This document shows, in pieces, positions 15,139 to 29,323 of a stretch of DNA of 64,000 bases. The DNA is from Octopus sinensis (taxonomy: Eukaryota). The notes under the pieces were generated by a model, which worked only from the letters and a program-made list of their open reading frames with translations, did not search any database and had not been told where the DNA came from. The stretch is from contig NC_043016.1 of assembly GCF_006345805.1 (NCBI RefSeq), positions 3,100,001-3,164,000 of the forward strand, given 5' to 3'. Within the stretch, counting starts at the first letter, position 1; each line of letters opens with the position of its first letter. The position numbers and the translations under genes are program-made.

Positions 15139-18100
15139 CACACTCCAGTCTAATATCCACACTCCAGTCTAATATCCACACTCCAGTCTAATATCCACAC
15201 TCCAGTCTAATATCCACACTCCAGTCTAATATCCACACTCCAGTCTAATATCCACACACTCCAGTCTAATATCCACACTCCAGTCTAATATCCACACTCC
15301 AGTCTAATATCCACACTCCAGTCTAATATCCACACTCCAGTCTAATATCCACACTCCTGTCTAATATCCACACTCCAGTCTAATATCCACACTCCAGTCT
15401 AATATCCACACTCCAGTCTAATATCCACACTCAGTCGAATATCCACACTCCAGTCTAATATCCACACTCCAGTCTAATATCCACACTCCAGTCTAATATT
15501 CCACACTCCAGTCTAATATCCACACTCCAGCTCTAATATCCACACTCCAGTCTAATATCCACACTCCAGTCTAATATCCACACTCCAGTCTAATATCCAC
15601 ACTCCAGTATATATCCACACTCCAGTCTAATATCCACACTCCAGTCTAATATCCACACTCCAGTCTAATATCCACACTCCAGTCTAATATCCACACTCCA
15701 GTCTAATATCCACACTCCAGTCTAATATCCACACTCCAGTCTAATATCCACACTCCAGTCTAATATCCACACTCCAGTCTAATATCCACACTCCAGTCTA
15801 ATATCCACACTCCAGTCTAATATCCACACTCCAGTCTAATATCCACACTCCAGTCTAATATCCACACTCCAGTCTAATATCCACACTCCAGTCTAATATC
15901 CACACTCCAGTCTAATATCCACACTCCAGTCTAATATCCACACTCCAGTCTATATCCACACTCCAGTCTAATATCCAACTCCAGTCTAATATCCACACTC
16001 CAGTCTAATATCCACACTCCAGTCTAATATCCACACTCCAGTCTAATATCCACACTCCAGTCTAATATCCACACTCCAGTCTAATATCCACACTCCAGTC
16101 TAATATCCACACTCCAGTCTAATATCCACACTCCAGTCTAATATCCACACTCCAGTCTAATATCCACACTCCAGTAATATCCACACTCCAGTCTAATATC
16201 CACACTCCAGTCTAATATCCACACTCCAGTCTAATATCCACACTCCAGTCTAATATCCACACTCCAGTCTAATATCCACACTCCAGTCTAATATCCACAC
16301 TCCAGTCTAATATCCACACTCCAGTCTAATATCACACTCCAGTCTAATATCCACACTCCAGTCTAATATCCACACTCCAGTCTAATATCCACACTCCAGT
16401 CTAATATCCACACTCAGTCTAATATCCACACTCCAGTCTAATATCCACACTCCAGTCTAATATCCACACACCAGTCTAATATCCACACACCAGTCTAATA
16501 TCCACACTCCAGTCTAATATCCACACTCAGTCTAATATCCACACTCCAGTCTAATATCACACTCCAGTCTAATATCCACACTCCAGTCTAATATCCACAC
16601 TCCAGTCTAATATCCACACTCAGTCTAATATCCACACTCCAGTCTAATATCCACACTCCAGTCTAATATCCACACTCCAGTCTAATACCACCACACTCCA
16701 GTCTAATATCCACACTCCAGTCTAATATCCACACTCCAGTCTAATATCCACACTCCAGTCTAATATCCACACTCCAGTCTAATATCCACACTCCAGTCTA
16801 ATATCCACACTCCAGTCTAATATCCACACTCCAGTCTAATATCCACACTCCAGTCTAATATCCACACTCCAGTCTAATATCCACTCCAGTCTAATATCCA
16901 CACTCCAGTCTAATATCCACACTCCAGTCTAATATCCACACTCCAGTCTAATATCCACCACTCCAGTCTAATATCCACCACTCCAGTCTAATATCCACCA
17001 CTCCAGTCTAATATCCACACTCCAGTCAATATCCACACTCCAGTTCTAATATCCACACTCCAGTCTAATATCCACACTCCAGTATAATTCCACACTCCAG
17101 TCTATATCCACACTCCAGTCTAATATCCAACACTCCAGTCTAATATCACACTCCAGTCTAATATCCACACTCCAGTTAATATCCACACTCCAGTCTAATA
17201 TCCACACTCCAGTCTAATATCCCACACTCCAGTCTAATATCCACACTCCAGTCTAATATCCACACTCCAGTCTAAATCCACACTCCAGTCTAATATCCAC
17301 ACTCCAGTCTATATCCACACTCCAGTCTAATATCCACACTCCAGTCTAATATCCCACTCCAGTCTAATATCACACTCCAGTCTAATATCCACACTCCAGT
17401 CTAATATCCACACCCAGTCTAATATCCAACTCCAGTCTAATATCCACACTCCAGTTAATATCCACACTCCAGTCTAATATCCACACTCCAGTCTAATATC
17501 CACACTCAGTCTAATATCCACACTCCACCTCCTCTAATATCCACACTCCAGTCTAATATCCACACTCAGTCTAATATCCACAATCCAGTCTAATATCCAC
17601 ACTCCAGTCTAATATCCACACTCCAGTCTAATATCCACACTCCAGTCTAATATCCACACTCCAGCTAATATCCACACTCCAGTCTAATATCCACACTCCA
17701 GTCTAATATCCACACTCCAGTCAATATCCACACTCCAGTCTAATATCCACCACTCCAGTCTAAATCCACACTCCAGTCTAATATCCACACTCCAGTTCTA
17801 ATATCCACACTCAGTCTAATATCCACACCCAGTCTAATATCCACACTCCAGTCTAATATCCACACCCAGTCTAATATCCACACTCCAGTCAATATCCACA
17901 CTCCAGTCTATATCCACACTCCAGTCTAATATCCACACTCCAGTCTAATATCACACTCCAGTCTAATATCACACTCCAGTCTAATTCCACACTCCAGTCT
18001 AATATCACACTCCAGTCTAATATCACACTCCAGTCTAATATCACACTCCAGTCTAATATCCACACTCCAGTCTAATATCCACCACTCCAGTCTAATATCC

Positions 18101-18462
18101 ACACTCCAGTCTAATAGCCACACTCCAGTCTAATATCCACACTCCAGTCTAATATCCACACTCCAGCTAATATCCACACTCAGTCTAATATCCACACTCC
18201 AGTCTAATATCCACACTCCAGTCTAATATCCCACTCCAGTCTAATATCCACACTCCAGTCTATATCCACACTCCAGTCTAATATCCACACTCCAGTCTAA
18301 TATCCACACTCCAGTCTAATATCCACACTCCAGTCTAATATCCACACTCCAGTCTAATATCCACACTCCAGTCTAATATCCACACTCCAGTCTAATATCC
18401 ACACTCCAGTCTAATATCCACACTCCAGTCTAATATCCACACTCCAGTCTAATATCCACACA
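15139..18462. repeat. Minisatellite, 19-bp unit CACACTCCAGTCTAATATC, about 175 copies
   Basis: Head-to-tail array of about 3.3 kb with no spacers; variants are mostly 1-bp indels. Copy number is estimated as length/19. Confidence 0.97.
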
Positions 18463-20653
18463 CCAGACGCGCACACTCACACGAAGAAATGTTGTAAGCA
18501 CATGCGCCTCTGGAACTTGAACAAGTTTCTTATGGATACATATATAACATACACACACACACGTGTGTGCTTGAATGTCACAGTCATACACGCACGCACA
18601 TATAGGATTATGTGCACACACAAGATGCGCACACACGGACATCAATACTTGTAAACACGCGTGCACACGTATACAGCGCACACACACACTTGATGTATAT
18701 GCATATTCATACACGTCCATTCACGCGCTCGATAAACAGACATGTCTGCGCATACACATCAGAAGTATGTATGCATGCATATACACGGACTCTACTCACA
18801 CACATGCGCCACGCGAATATTACAGGTACTGGCGCACACATATTCGCGCTCATACACACGCACCTGCTTACACGCAGATGCAGATACACTCGTGCACAAG
18901 TACGCATGGCCATGATTTCCATCAACTTTCTGACCAACCATGTGATCCTTGGAATTCAATTTGTATCTGTTGTCACTTCTATGTCAATAACACTGCGTTA
19001 CTAAGAACGTGTCACGTGTGTTGACCAAACTCAATATTCAGAACCGTTCTCGAATCTTTTCTCTGAAATGTGTTCTTTCCATGACGAGGCCTTATATTAA
19101 GAGATGTTTGCGACTGGGTTTATCCAATAAGTACTTTCTTAATGCAAAAGAGGTTGGAATTGAATGATATTTGACTGCTATTTTCAGTTCACGTTCAGGG
19201 TCTCTCGCTGTAACGATGACAACGGTGATTTTATTGTTAATGATTTTGATGGCACTAGCCTTAGAATCGTCATTGCACTTTTGAAGGCACCCTGGTGGAT
19301 TTGGTCGTTGTGGTGGTGGTAGTGTCGGTCGTGTACGTGATAATAGTAGTTGTGGAAGTGGTGCTAGTGACGAGTGCTGCATCAAAATATTAATGTTAGT
19401 ATTTCTGGTAAGGGTGGTGGCTGCGATAAAATTCAAAGAATAGCATTCAAAATTTCAGTGTAAAATTTTCCAAAATGTATCATTTTTTTTCATCGAATTA
19501 ACGGCATTCTTCTGCTTTTTCATTTTCTTCTTCTCCCTCTTCTTCTCTTTCTTCTTCCTTCCTTTCTTTACCTCCATTAGTTTATTTGAAATAGATCTAA
19601 GTAAATCTGCACAACAATTCCATGAGAACTAGCATTACATTAAAACAAGAACAACTCAATAAAATCGAAAAACATAAAACAAAATAAAAAATGGTATATA
19701 AAATAAAATGAAATAAATTCATAAATGGCTGTGCCCATGGATTGCCTGCTAAAAATTGTATTAGTGAAGAAAATAATGTATATGGACGAAAAAAGCTAGT
19801 CGTGGATGTATGTCTTTCATAGGAGTCACATTATTAAGTAGCTTCTTCTTTGATAGCAAATGATACTTTTCTGTTTTTAAATAGAAAGGTTTTACTATTC
19901 GGAACGTTTGTGTTCTATGAAGAAAAGCATTAAAATTTTCCCGAAATATCGATTGAGATAGCTGTTGAATTTAAGTTCAAATACGAAAAAACAGATATGC
20001 GTGGATACATCGTTGAACAAACTAACACTGCTTTGTAATATGAAGTCACTAATATAAAAATTAAAAATAAAAGAAGGTACAAAATTCCTCTCAATAAACA
20101 GGAAGTTCTTCCTCTTTTATGAGACTCGCAATCTCATATTTATTCATATCAGTACACGAACATCAGTCATATCACACAATATACTACTGTATATGTATAT
20201 ATCTGAACATACACATACACACACACATGGAGAAAGAGAAAGAGAGACAGAAAGAGAGAGAGAGTAAGAGAGTGAGAAAGTGAGAGAGACTGTACATGAG
20301 AAAGAGAGAGTGTGTAGGTCTGAGGGAGAGAGAGATACATAATTATGTATAAGTAAGATAACGTGTTTTTCAGGTAAAGTTTTCTTAATGGTGATTATTT
20401 AGTACACGTTATTGCGTAAGATCTTAAATAGTTAAATAGATTACCATATAGATATACATTTTCAATATATATTTTAGCAGCATTAAGCCTAGATTACTGA
20501 GATGGTAACTTGAGGCACTTTTCCAAGCAATTCTTGGACATGAACGCAATTGAAGATCTTAAAAAGCTGGTTTGTGATGGTGACAAGAAGTTAAAAAATA
20601 GGCAGGATGGGCATTACAGAGAATGAAAATCTAGGAGAAAAATATTGAACCAA

Positions 20654-20662
20654 ATTATTATT

Positions 20663-20698
<36 letters not shown>

Positions 20699-20786
20699 AT
20701 TATTATTATTGTTATCATTATTATTATTATTATTATTATTGTTGTTGTTGTTGTTGTTGTCGTCGTTATTATTATTATTATTATTA

Positions 20787-20817
<31 letters not shown>

Positions 20818-20891
20818 CATTAATATTGTTGTTGTTGTTATTATTATTATTGTTGTCGTTGTTGTTGTTGTTATTATTATTATTGTTGTTG

Positions 20892-20934
<43 letters not shown>

Positions 20935-20935
20935 C
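20654..20935. repeat. (ATT)n/(GTT)n microsatellite
   Basis: Directly visible; lies at the 3' end of the minus-strand RLE fragment. Confidence 0.9.
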
Positions 20936-20944
20936 GCTATTGAA

Positions 20945-21554
20945 GCAAATTGATATTGTTGTTTTCTCTTTGTTACGGATTTTGTTGGAGCTCCTGGAGT
21001 CTTGCACGGTATTGTGCTATTCGATCTTTTCAGATATCTAATACTTTCCTGATTATTCTGGCCGTGCTAAGGTGGCAATACTTTTGTAACAGTCCTACTA
21101 GGCACTCTTTTCCGATTTCCTTTAAATTCCTCTTGATGTCTTCTGATACTGTTCCAAGGACACAAAAACAATTGGCATTATCTTCACCTTCTTCCATTTC
21201 CATAGCCGGACTATTTCGTGTTTAAGAGGGCTGTATTTATCTATTTTCGCCTTCCTTCTTGACTATCTGTGGGTCAAATAGGCACGCAACATCAACTATA
21301 TAGCACATGTGGTGCACTTTGTACACCACCACTACGACCGGTCTGTTATGCTCTAGTACCTGATCTGTTTGGATTGAGAAATCCCAGAGGATTTTGCTTA
21401 TCTCCGACTCTGCCACTCTCTTCAGTTTCTGCTCATACCAAGTCTTGCCTCTCTCTGGCCTCCATTTTTCGCACAGTTTCCAATGTAGCGCTTTCTATAC
21501 CTTATTGTGGCGCCACAACTTTTAGTGGTTTTTGGCAAGTCTAGGTCATTCGTT
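20945..21554 (-). mobile_element. 3' fragment of R4/Dong-like element, family B
   Basis: Minus strand encodes LHWKLCEK..TWYE and LLQKYCHLSTARIIRKVLDI*. The 3'UTR (CTCCAACAAAA..AAAGAGAAAA) matches the copy at 59.2-59.8 kb. Confidence 0.8.
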
Positions 21555-21555
21555 T

Positions 21556-21737
21556 TTATTATTATTGTTATTATTATTATTGTTGTTGTTGTTGTTGTTG
21601 TTGTTTCATTTATTATTATTATTATCATCATCATCATTATTATTATTATTATATTATATTATTATTATTATTATTATTAATATTATTATTATTATTATTA
21701 TTATTATGATTATTATGATATTATTATTATTATTATT

Positions 21738-21784
<47 letters not shown>

Positions 21785-21800
21785 TATAATTATTATTATA

Positions 21801-21860
<60 letters not shown>
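21556..21860. repeat. (ATT)n/(ATC)n microsatellite between two RLE fragments
   Basis: Directly visible. Confidence 0.9.
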
Positions 21861-21863
<3 letters not shown>

Positions 21864-22598
21864 TAGTTTTATTTATAGCGTGCTTTCACTTCACTACCGA
21901 GCGCAGCTCTGTGTGCCTTGGGTATGTGCTGTGATTTGTTGTGATGCTCTGATGGTTATTGTATGGAAAGTGTTCTGCGTAGGATGTGTGCAGTGCCTAG
22001 TAGTGCAATTTCTGTATGTTATATGTGTTTGTAAGTCCTGGTGTTTTTGTTATGTATTTGTCTGAATATTTTTTTATCATGCCTAATGCACCTACTATGA
22101 TAGGAATTGTTTCTGTTTTCAGATTCCACATTCTGGTTACCCCTATTTCCAGGTCTTTGTATTTTGAGAGTTTCTCCATTTCTTTTAGAGACACGTTGTC
22201 ATCTGCAGGTATTGATACATCAATTAGAAAGCATTTTTTTTTCTTCATGATCTCTGATAACTATATCTGGTCTGATGGCCTTAATTTCTCTATCTGTGTG
22301 TATCGGCATATCCCAGAGTATGGTTGCTTTCTCGTTCTCTGTGACCTTTTCTGGTGTGTGCCTATACCATCTTTTTTCTGTTGTTATTCCACAATGTTGG
22401 CATAGCTTCCAATGTATGTAGGTTCCAACTCTGTCATGTCTGTGAATATATTCCTTCTTAGCCAGGACTGGGCAGGCAGAGATAATATGATTTATTGTTT
22501 TTTGTCCATCTCCACATATTCTGCACTTACTTGTAATATTTCTTTTCATTACATGTTTTTGGTAATTTCTGGTGAGGAGGCTTTGGTCTTGTGCTGCA
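21861..22598 (-). mobile_element. 3' fragment of R4/Dong-like element, family A (near-identical to about 8005-8740)
   Basis: Same CCHC/RLE peptide (CRICGDGQKTINHIISAC, RHD, CFLIDVSIPADDNVSLKE), same 3'UTR and same junction into (AAT)n. Confidence 0.92.
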
Positions 22599-22657
22599 TA
22601 TTATTTTTTTTTTTCTTAATCTTGTATGCTATGCATGTCCTTTGTTACTCTCTGTAT

Positions 22658-22681
22658 GTTATTAATATTATTATTATTATA

Positions 22682-22732
<51 letters not shown>

Positions 22733-22781
22733 CATTGTCATTATTATTATTATTATATTATTATTATTATTATTATTATTA

Positions 22782-22814
<33 letters not shown>

Positions 22815-22840
22815 CATCATCATTGTCATTATTATTATTG
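22658..22840. repeat. (ATT)n microsatellite
   Basis: Directly visible. Confidence 0.9.
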
Positions 22841-23302
22841 TTAACATCAATTAATCTCAATCTACGAAGGCAGTTATTCTTACAAAATGCGATGGGATCT
22901 TCAAATTTGTTGCAATGACAATTAATTCAACGTACGATAAAGAATTTCGCAAATAACTACATTACTTTAGATTTATATTGTAACAGAAATAAAGTTGTGC
23001 AATATTTATTCCTTACCAAATAACATTAGCAACGATACTTAACTTCAAATTTATTTTGAGTTCTTAATAAATCGGGCCATTTCTTTTATTCGGGTTTACT
23101 TGGCGTTTTCGTTCGGGTTTATGCATTGATAAGATAGATGATAAGATCATGGTAGCTAACAAAAATATGATAGTGTTTCGTCATAAAATACTGGAGAAGA
23201 TTAGCGACAAACTGGTTTCTTTCCTTTTTCTAGCATCGTGCCTTGTTTTACTTACTACCAAACATACACACATTTATATATGTAATTTTGAATATATACA
23301 TG

Positions 23303-23334
<32 letters not shown>

Positions 23335-23344
23335 ATATATATAT

Positions 23345-23551
23345 AAATTAAGAGGAATGACAACCAAAGTGGACTCCTAATATGCTAAAGATAGACGTCA
23401 AATCGCCTTAGCACGAAGAATGTGTTCTCAAGAAAAATCTCAGCAAAAGGCCATAATGTAAAAATGAGCAAGACAAATGAAAATATACGAAATAAAAGCG
23501 ATTACCTACGTGCCAATGGATTCCACTTTGTTGGCCATTCCTCTTAATTTG
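23345..23551. mobile_element. Short non-coding element with ~30-bp imperfect terminal inverted repeats beside (TA)n
   Basis: Left end AAATTAAGAGGAATGACAACCAAAGTGGA; right end TCCACTTTGTTGGCCATTCCTCTTAATTT. Confidence 0.6.
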
Positions 23552-23722
23552 TATGTAATATAATTTTTAATCTTCGGATTTTTTAAACATGCTAAGCCAC
23601 TGGTTTTAATTAATTAATATCAATTTCTACTCTCATTATTTAATTTATATATATATGCGTTTGTGTATATACACATATACACATGTATTTATATATGCAT
23701 ATATATGTATATGTATATATAT

Positions 23723-23795
<73 letters not shown>

Positions 23796-23831
23796 ATATG
23801 TATATATATATATATGTATATATATATATAA

Positions 23832-24045
23832 TCCTTTCAATTATAGACACAAGGCCTGGATATTTGTGGGAAGGGAGACAATCGACCACATCGTCCCCAG
23901 TACTCGATTAGTGCTTAAATGATCCACCCCGAAAGGATGAAAGGCAATGTCGACCTCGGCGGAATTTGAACTCAGAACGTAGTGACAGACGTAATAATGC
24001 TAAGCATTTCACCAGGCATGGTAATGATTCTGCCAGGTCGCCGCC
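23832..24045 (-). mobile_element. SINE family 1 (tRNA-like head, MetaSINE-like central domain)
   Basis: Reverse complement of GGCGGCGA.CTGGCAGAA..GAGTTCAAATTCC (B-box) GCCGAGGTCGAC.TTGCCTTTCATCCTTTCGGGG; more than ten copies in the window. Confidence 0.85.
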
Positions 24046-24091
24046 ATTATGATATTAATATTAATAATAATAATTATTATTATTATTATAA

Positions 24092-24295
24092 TTCTTTCTA
24101 CTATCGGCACAAGGCCTGAAATTTTAGGAGAGGGGACCAGTCAAACCCAGTGCGTAACTGGTACTTAATTTATCGTCCCCGAAAGGATTAAAGGCAAAGT
24201 CGACCTCGGCGGAATTTGAACTCAGAACCTAACGGCAGACTAAATATGGCTACGCATTTCCCCAGGCGTGCTAACGTTTCTGTCAGCTCGCCGAC
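24092..24295 (-). mobile_element. SINE family 1
   Basis: Same consensus as 23832-24045. Confidence 0.85.
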
Positions 24296-24331
24296 TTTAT
24301 AATAATGATAATAATAATGGATGGATCTTAA

Positions 24332-24717
24332 TGGAAGCCCTCCGTCGGTTACGACGATGAGGGTTCCGGTTGATCCGAATCAACGGAACAGCCTGCTCGT
24401 GAAATTAACGTGTAAGTGGCTGAGCACTCCACAGACACGTGCACCCTTAACGTAATTCTCGGGGATATGCAGCGTGACACAGAGAGTGACAAGGCCGGCC
24501 CCTTGAAATACAGGTACAACAGAAACAGGAAGCAAGAGTGAGAGAAAGTTGTGGTGAAAGAGTACAGCAGGGATCACCACCATCCCCTGTCGGAGCCTCG
24601 TGGAGCTTTTAGGTGTTTTCGCTCAATAAACACTCACAACACCCGGTTTGAGAAACGAAACCGCGATGCTATGACCGCGAGTCCGCTGCCCTAACCACTG
24701 GGCCATTGCGCCTCCAC
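24332..24717 (-). mobile_element. SINE family 2 (tRNA-derived head, about 385 bp)
   Basis: Head GGAGGCGCAATGGCCCAGTGGTTAGG with A- and B-box-like motifs; highly similar to the plus-strand copy at 38994-39376. Confidence 0.9.
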
Positions 24718-24734
24718 GAATAATAATAATACTG

Positions 24735-24807
<73 letters not shown>

Positions 24808-24811
24808 TAAT

Positions 24812-24876
<65 letters not shown>

Positions 24877-24900
24877 CAATAAAAACAACAACAACAATAA
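24718..24900. repeat. (AAT)n microsatellite
   Basis: Directly visible. Confidence 0.9.
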
Positions 24901-26459
24901 CAAAGCAACAGCGAACTGTGATCGTAGATAAACATCAGTTAGAACAAAACCTACAGTAAGAATATTAAAATATAGCAATTTATAAAAAAAGAATAATGTT
25001 ATTATTTTATCACTTCTTTAAATGGCAGATATAATTCGTAATATAATAGATATATCGGTAGCAATCGCTTGCGAATTTCTAACGCTATTACCTGCATCTG
25101 TCTACATAAACATGCATACATACGTACATACATACATACATACATACATTCATATATATACATAGAGGCGTATATGTGTGTATATGTATACATATATGAC
25201 AGAGAGAGAGAGAGAGTGAGAAAGAGATAGTGGCGGGGGCTGTATCATGATGCTACAGCCAGCCACAAATTAATAGCTCTGTTTGAATATGTTCCTTCTA
25301 CTCTTCACTGTTGTCATTAATTCTAACAACACCTGTCGCAAGACATATGTATGGCGTGTACCTGAGTTCAACTGACTGTACTTTTTCTTGACATCATCTC
25401 ACGATGCTTATATTGCACGTAATGGAATACTCGAGGACATCAAGTAAAAGCTAATGGCGATTTTCAGATTTAGAAAAGAGAGGGTAACCTGTTGAAGATA
25501 AAGACAATAACAGCGAAATGGAAACGAAGAGAAGCGGAGTAAAGTAGGTGATGAATTAGAGTAGGTGGCGTTGGTGGTCGGTGTTGTGTTGGTGGCGTTG
25601 GTGGTCGGTGTTGTGTTGGTGGCGTTGGTGGTCGGCAGGATGAGTATATTAGTCACGGTGATAGGCGTTGTGGTGACGATGGTTGTGGTGGGGAATTTCG
25701 TTTGGCTGGAGTTGAAGCAGGAAGATAATGATCATGGTAAGGTGGAGGAAACAGAAGGGTTGGTGCATAGTAAAATGGGAGAAATAGAGATGAAATTAAA
25801 AGAGAAAGAGAAAGAGAGGTAATGAAATCAAGAAAGGAAGAAAAACAAAAACAAAAAAAAGTATTTAAGAAGGAAGGAAAGAGAAGAATGAATGAATGAA
25901 TTGAGGTCGGAGGGGAGAAGACGCGAAAATAGCAGGAAGGAAATGATTAATTGATATGTCTTATTGCTGTAATTATTGTCGCGGATATAATACAGAGATC
26001 GAATTATTTCCTTCTAGCATACCGCTCTCAGCGTTTCGTTTACTCATTGTAATGTCAATGTTGTTGTCAGCGCTGTCATTTTGCTGTTGTTATTGTCAAA
26101 ATTGTTGGTTTTCTTCTTGTATTTATTGCTTCAGCTGGTGATGTTATCAACGATGCAATTCATGTTGTTCTTCTCTTACAGTTATTATTGTTATTATGGA
26201 TAGTATTGTAAATATTTCTTCTTTACATATGCCTTGTTCATGATTGATTATGTTTTGTTTTTTATTTCATTATATATCTATTTTCATTGCTAATTCCACA
26301 GTAAGTACAGCAACAAAATATATTAAAGACAGAGCAAAAAATGGAATAGGAAGTAAAGTGATAAGGATATAAATAAAATGCAAACAAATAAAAAAAAAAA
26401 AAACAGAAAATAGAAATATTAAAGTTGAGCGGCAACAACAAAATAACAATAATATTATA

Positions 26460-27090
26460 ACTTTCTACTATAGGGAAAACGTTTGAAATTACATCGACCC
26501 CAAAATTCAACTGGTATTTAATTTATCGACCACAAAATTATGAAAGAAAAAGTGTATCTCGTCGGAATTTGACACAGAACCTGAAGACGGACGGAATACC
26601 GCTAAGCATTTTGCCCAACGTGCTAGCAATTCTGCCAGCTCATCATCATGGCAACAACAACAATAAAGATTTTGGGGGAGGGGAGGGGATGACCACAGTG
26701 TTCAATTGGTACTTATTTTATCGACCCCGAAAGGATGAAAAGCAAAGTCGACCTCGGTGGAATTTGAACTCAGAACGTAGTGACAGGCGAAATACTGCTA
26801 AGCATTTCGCTCAGCGTACTAGCGATTCTGCCAGCTCATCGCCATAACAACCAAAGTAACAACAATAACAATAATAATCTTTTCTACTAAAGACTCAAGA
26901 CCTGAAATTTTGGGGGTAGGGACTAATCAATTACTTCGACCCCAATGTTTCACTGGTATTTAATTCATTGACCCCGAAACAATGACATGCAAATTCGACC
27001 TCGGCTGTATTTGAACTCACAACGTAATAACAGAAGAAATTCTTCTGAGCATTTTGTCCGGCGTGCTAACAATTCTGCCATCTTACCACC
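26460..27090 (-). mobile_element. Three tandem diverged SINE family 1 copies (about 26460-26641, 26668-26844, 26878-27090)
   Basis: Three successive diverged matches to TCGACCCCGAAAGGATG..GACCTCGG..ATTTGAACTCAGAAC..TTCTGCCAGCTC, separated by AAC/AAT spacers. Confidence 0.8.
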
Positions 27091-27104
27091 TTAACAACAA
27101 CATG

Positions 27105-29253
27105 AATAATTCCTTTATTCTTTATTGGTCACAAGTGCTGCAAAACTATTTAGAAATATGCGAAAACTATAAATTTGCATGAAATAGTAAACAATAACAA
27201 TTAGCACAAAAATTATCTAGTGCGTGAGAAATGCCATCTAGGGGCAGCTACAGATACCAGCAGATCCCGAGCCTCCGAACTCACTTGGAGTACATGACAA
27301 GAACTCCTCTCTCCTCCATACTTCTCAGCCTATAGACGCCACATTTTAATCCCACTCACTCGATTCAACTTCCTCACCTTTCTGCAAATTTATTAGGATT
27401 GGGTAGCTCATTCCTCTCGACCCAGACTTACCTTTCCAGGTGGAACTTGAAAAAATTGATGAGGGCTTTGCCAAAAAGGCACGTGTTTATCTTCAATCGT
27501 TTCAGTCTTGTCCACCACACAACCTCTTTCGCTATAACCATCAGACAAAGAAAATCTGAATTGCCTGCCCTTATCGATCAAAGGCAGGCAATGGGTTGAT
27601 TTTCACGATGGACTCAGAGGTAGCCGGAGCCTTACCACACGTGATAGCAGCTGCTCGGTATGGATCCACGAGTCAGCAAATCTTGAGCAATGTACAAGTT
27701 CTCGCTGGACGCTTTCATTACTCTGCGAGCATCTGGGACACGCACGTCTGCCGATGCTACTAGATAATGTAGGATTTAAACTGGATCCCGGCAACCGAGC
27801 ATTACTGGAAATTTGCGCGGAGCATGAGCAGATTTACTTCTACGGACGTCCAAATTTTCCTCGAGGGTGTTGTCACTCTTAACCATTGGCAGAGGGCTGT
27901 GAGCACCTGACGCTAGTCAAGGTGTCTGGCTCTAGGATTGATATCGAGCTGCAGTTCATTTAAAGAGAAAAGTATGTCGAACTCAGGGTGACCATACCTG
28001 CTTACTTTCAACAAAAAGCTGGAGTTACCGTAGCATCTGCGCAGTTCTACTTATCATTAACCATGGCATGCCTACTCCTCTAAGCAGCGGATGTTGACAA
28101 CTGAATTGCCTAACCAGTGGAATGCATCCTCTCCACAGAAAGTGAAAGAGCAGGCGTTCCATTCTAGTAAGCCTCTCAGGCGATAATAGATAATGCAATG
28201 TAGGCACTCGCCATCTCCACCTAACCGTTTAGAGATAGTCACCTCTCGGCCCATTTTGGGGTGATACTACATCACGGCCCTGTTCATCTGGACCAAACCA
28301 AACTCCGAGAATCTTAACCTGTTCATCCACCAAGCGCCCTACTACGCTGTGGAACTATTTCCGGTGCTGAACAGCAGGCGTACCAAATTCTGATTAATTT
28401 TTGCTCCTTTCACGGTTTCATATTTCCAAAGAGTAATGTCAATCGCCGCTGAGTGTTTAGTATTATTACTGTGACCTTGTCCGCATAAGAAAAATCGAAT
28501 ATAAAAACAAAATTTTCCTATTTCTCGAGGGGGTACACCCCAAGTCTTCTGACTCCTACATAGCAATTCTAAGGTCAAAACATACGGAAGGATAGAGAGG
28601 AGGCATCTTTGCCGAGTCGATCTCATAATATTAAATATTTTATCAGGGAACTACTTGCTTTGACCTCCAAGCAAAAGTAGGGGTACTCTGCAATGATCAA
28701 ATTTCTGAAGACTGGCCTGAAAGCTGCGGCGCTCAGAATAGCCGCCAAATATGGATGGTCGACCTGGCTGAAAGTCTTCGACTCATCTATAGAGAAGGAG
28801 GATTAAAACAAAACGATTAGTTACCCATTTGCATTACCCCTTTGCAAGTTACTTGGTCTCCATAAATGTTTGGATTCTTTCGGGAGTGATGTTTGCCTTA
28901 CCTTGGTACTTATCACCACATTGGGGAAAAAAATAGACCTTTTTGTTTTGTACGTCTCACAGTTCCGGCTTATTATTTTCTATCTATTTGGTTCTGACGA
29001 TCGCCCATTCACTTATAGTCGTTTTAGTTTGAGTTCCGTACCAGCACAGAATTTGGTAGGGGGTGTGTTTTACTTGATGGCGTCGTGTCCGTGAAATGGT
29101 ACAACACTTCTGTGTGTGTGCGGGTTTTGCTACTGTTTTGCTGATGGTGATCTGAAGTTATTTGTCTGCATTTCGGGGCCTTGTGGACGTCGTGTTCTAG
29201 CGAATAGTTTACAAAGAGTGAGAGAGTGGGAGAGAGTGGGAGAGAGCGGGAGG

Positions 29254-29323
<70 letters not shown>

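Noticed and set aside
15139-18462. CRISPR array or telomeric repeat
   Set aside because: Units are contiguous with no unique spacers, no cas genes are present, the context is eukaryotic, and the unit is not a TTAGGG-type repeat.
18900-19436. Possible host exon (114-aa minus ORF, PPPQRPNPPGCLQKC...)
   Set aside because: No recognisable domain, non-ATG start and stops immediately downstream. A BLASTX search would be needed to assess it.
25564-25638. 27-bp tandem repeat (about 2.7 copies) encoding TTNATNTTP
   Set aside because: Small local duplication in a GT-rich tract with no coding support.
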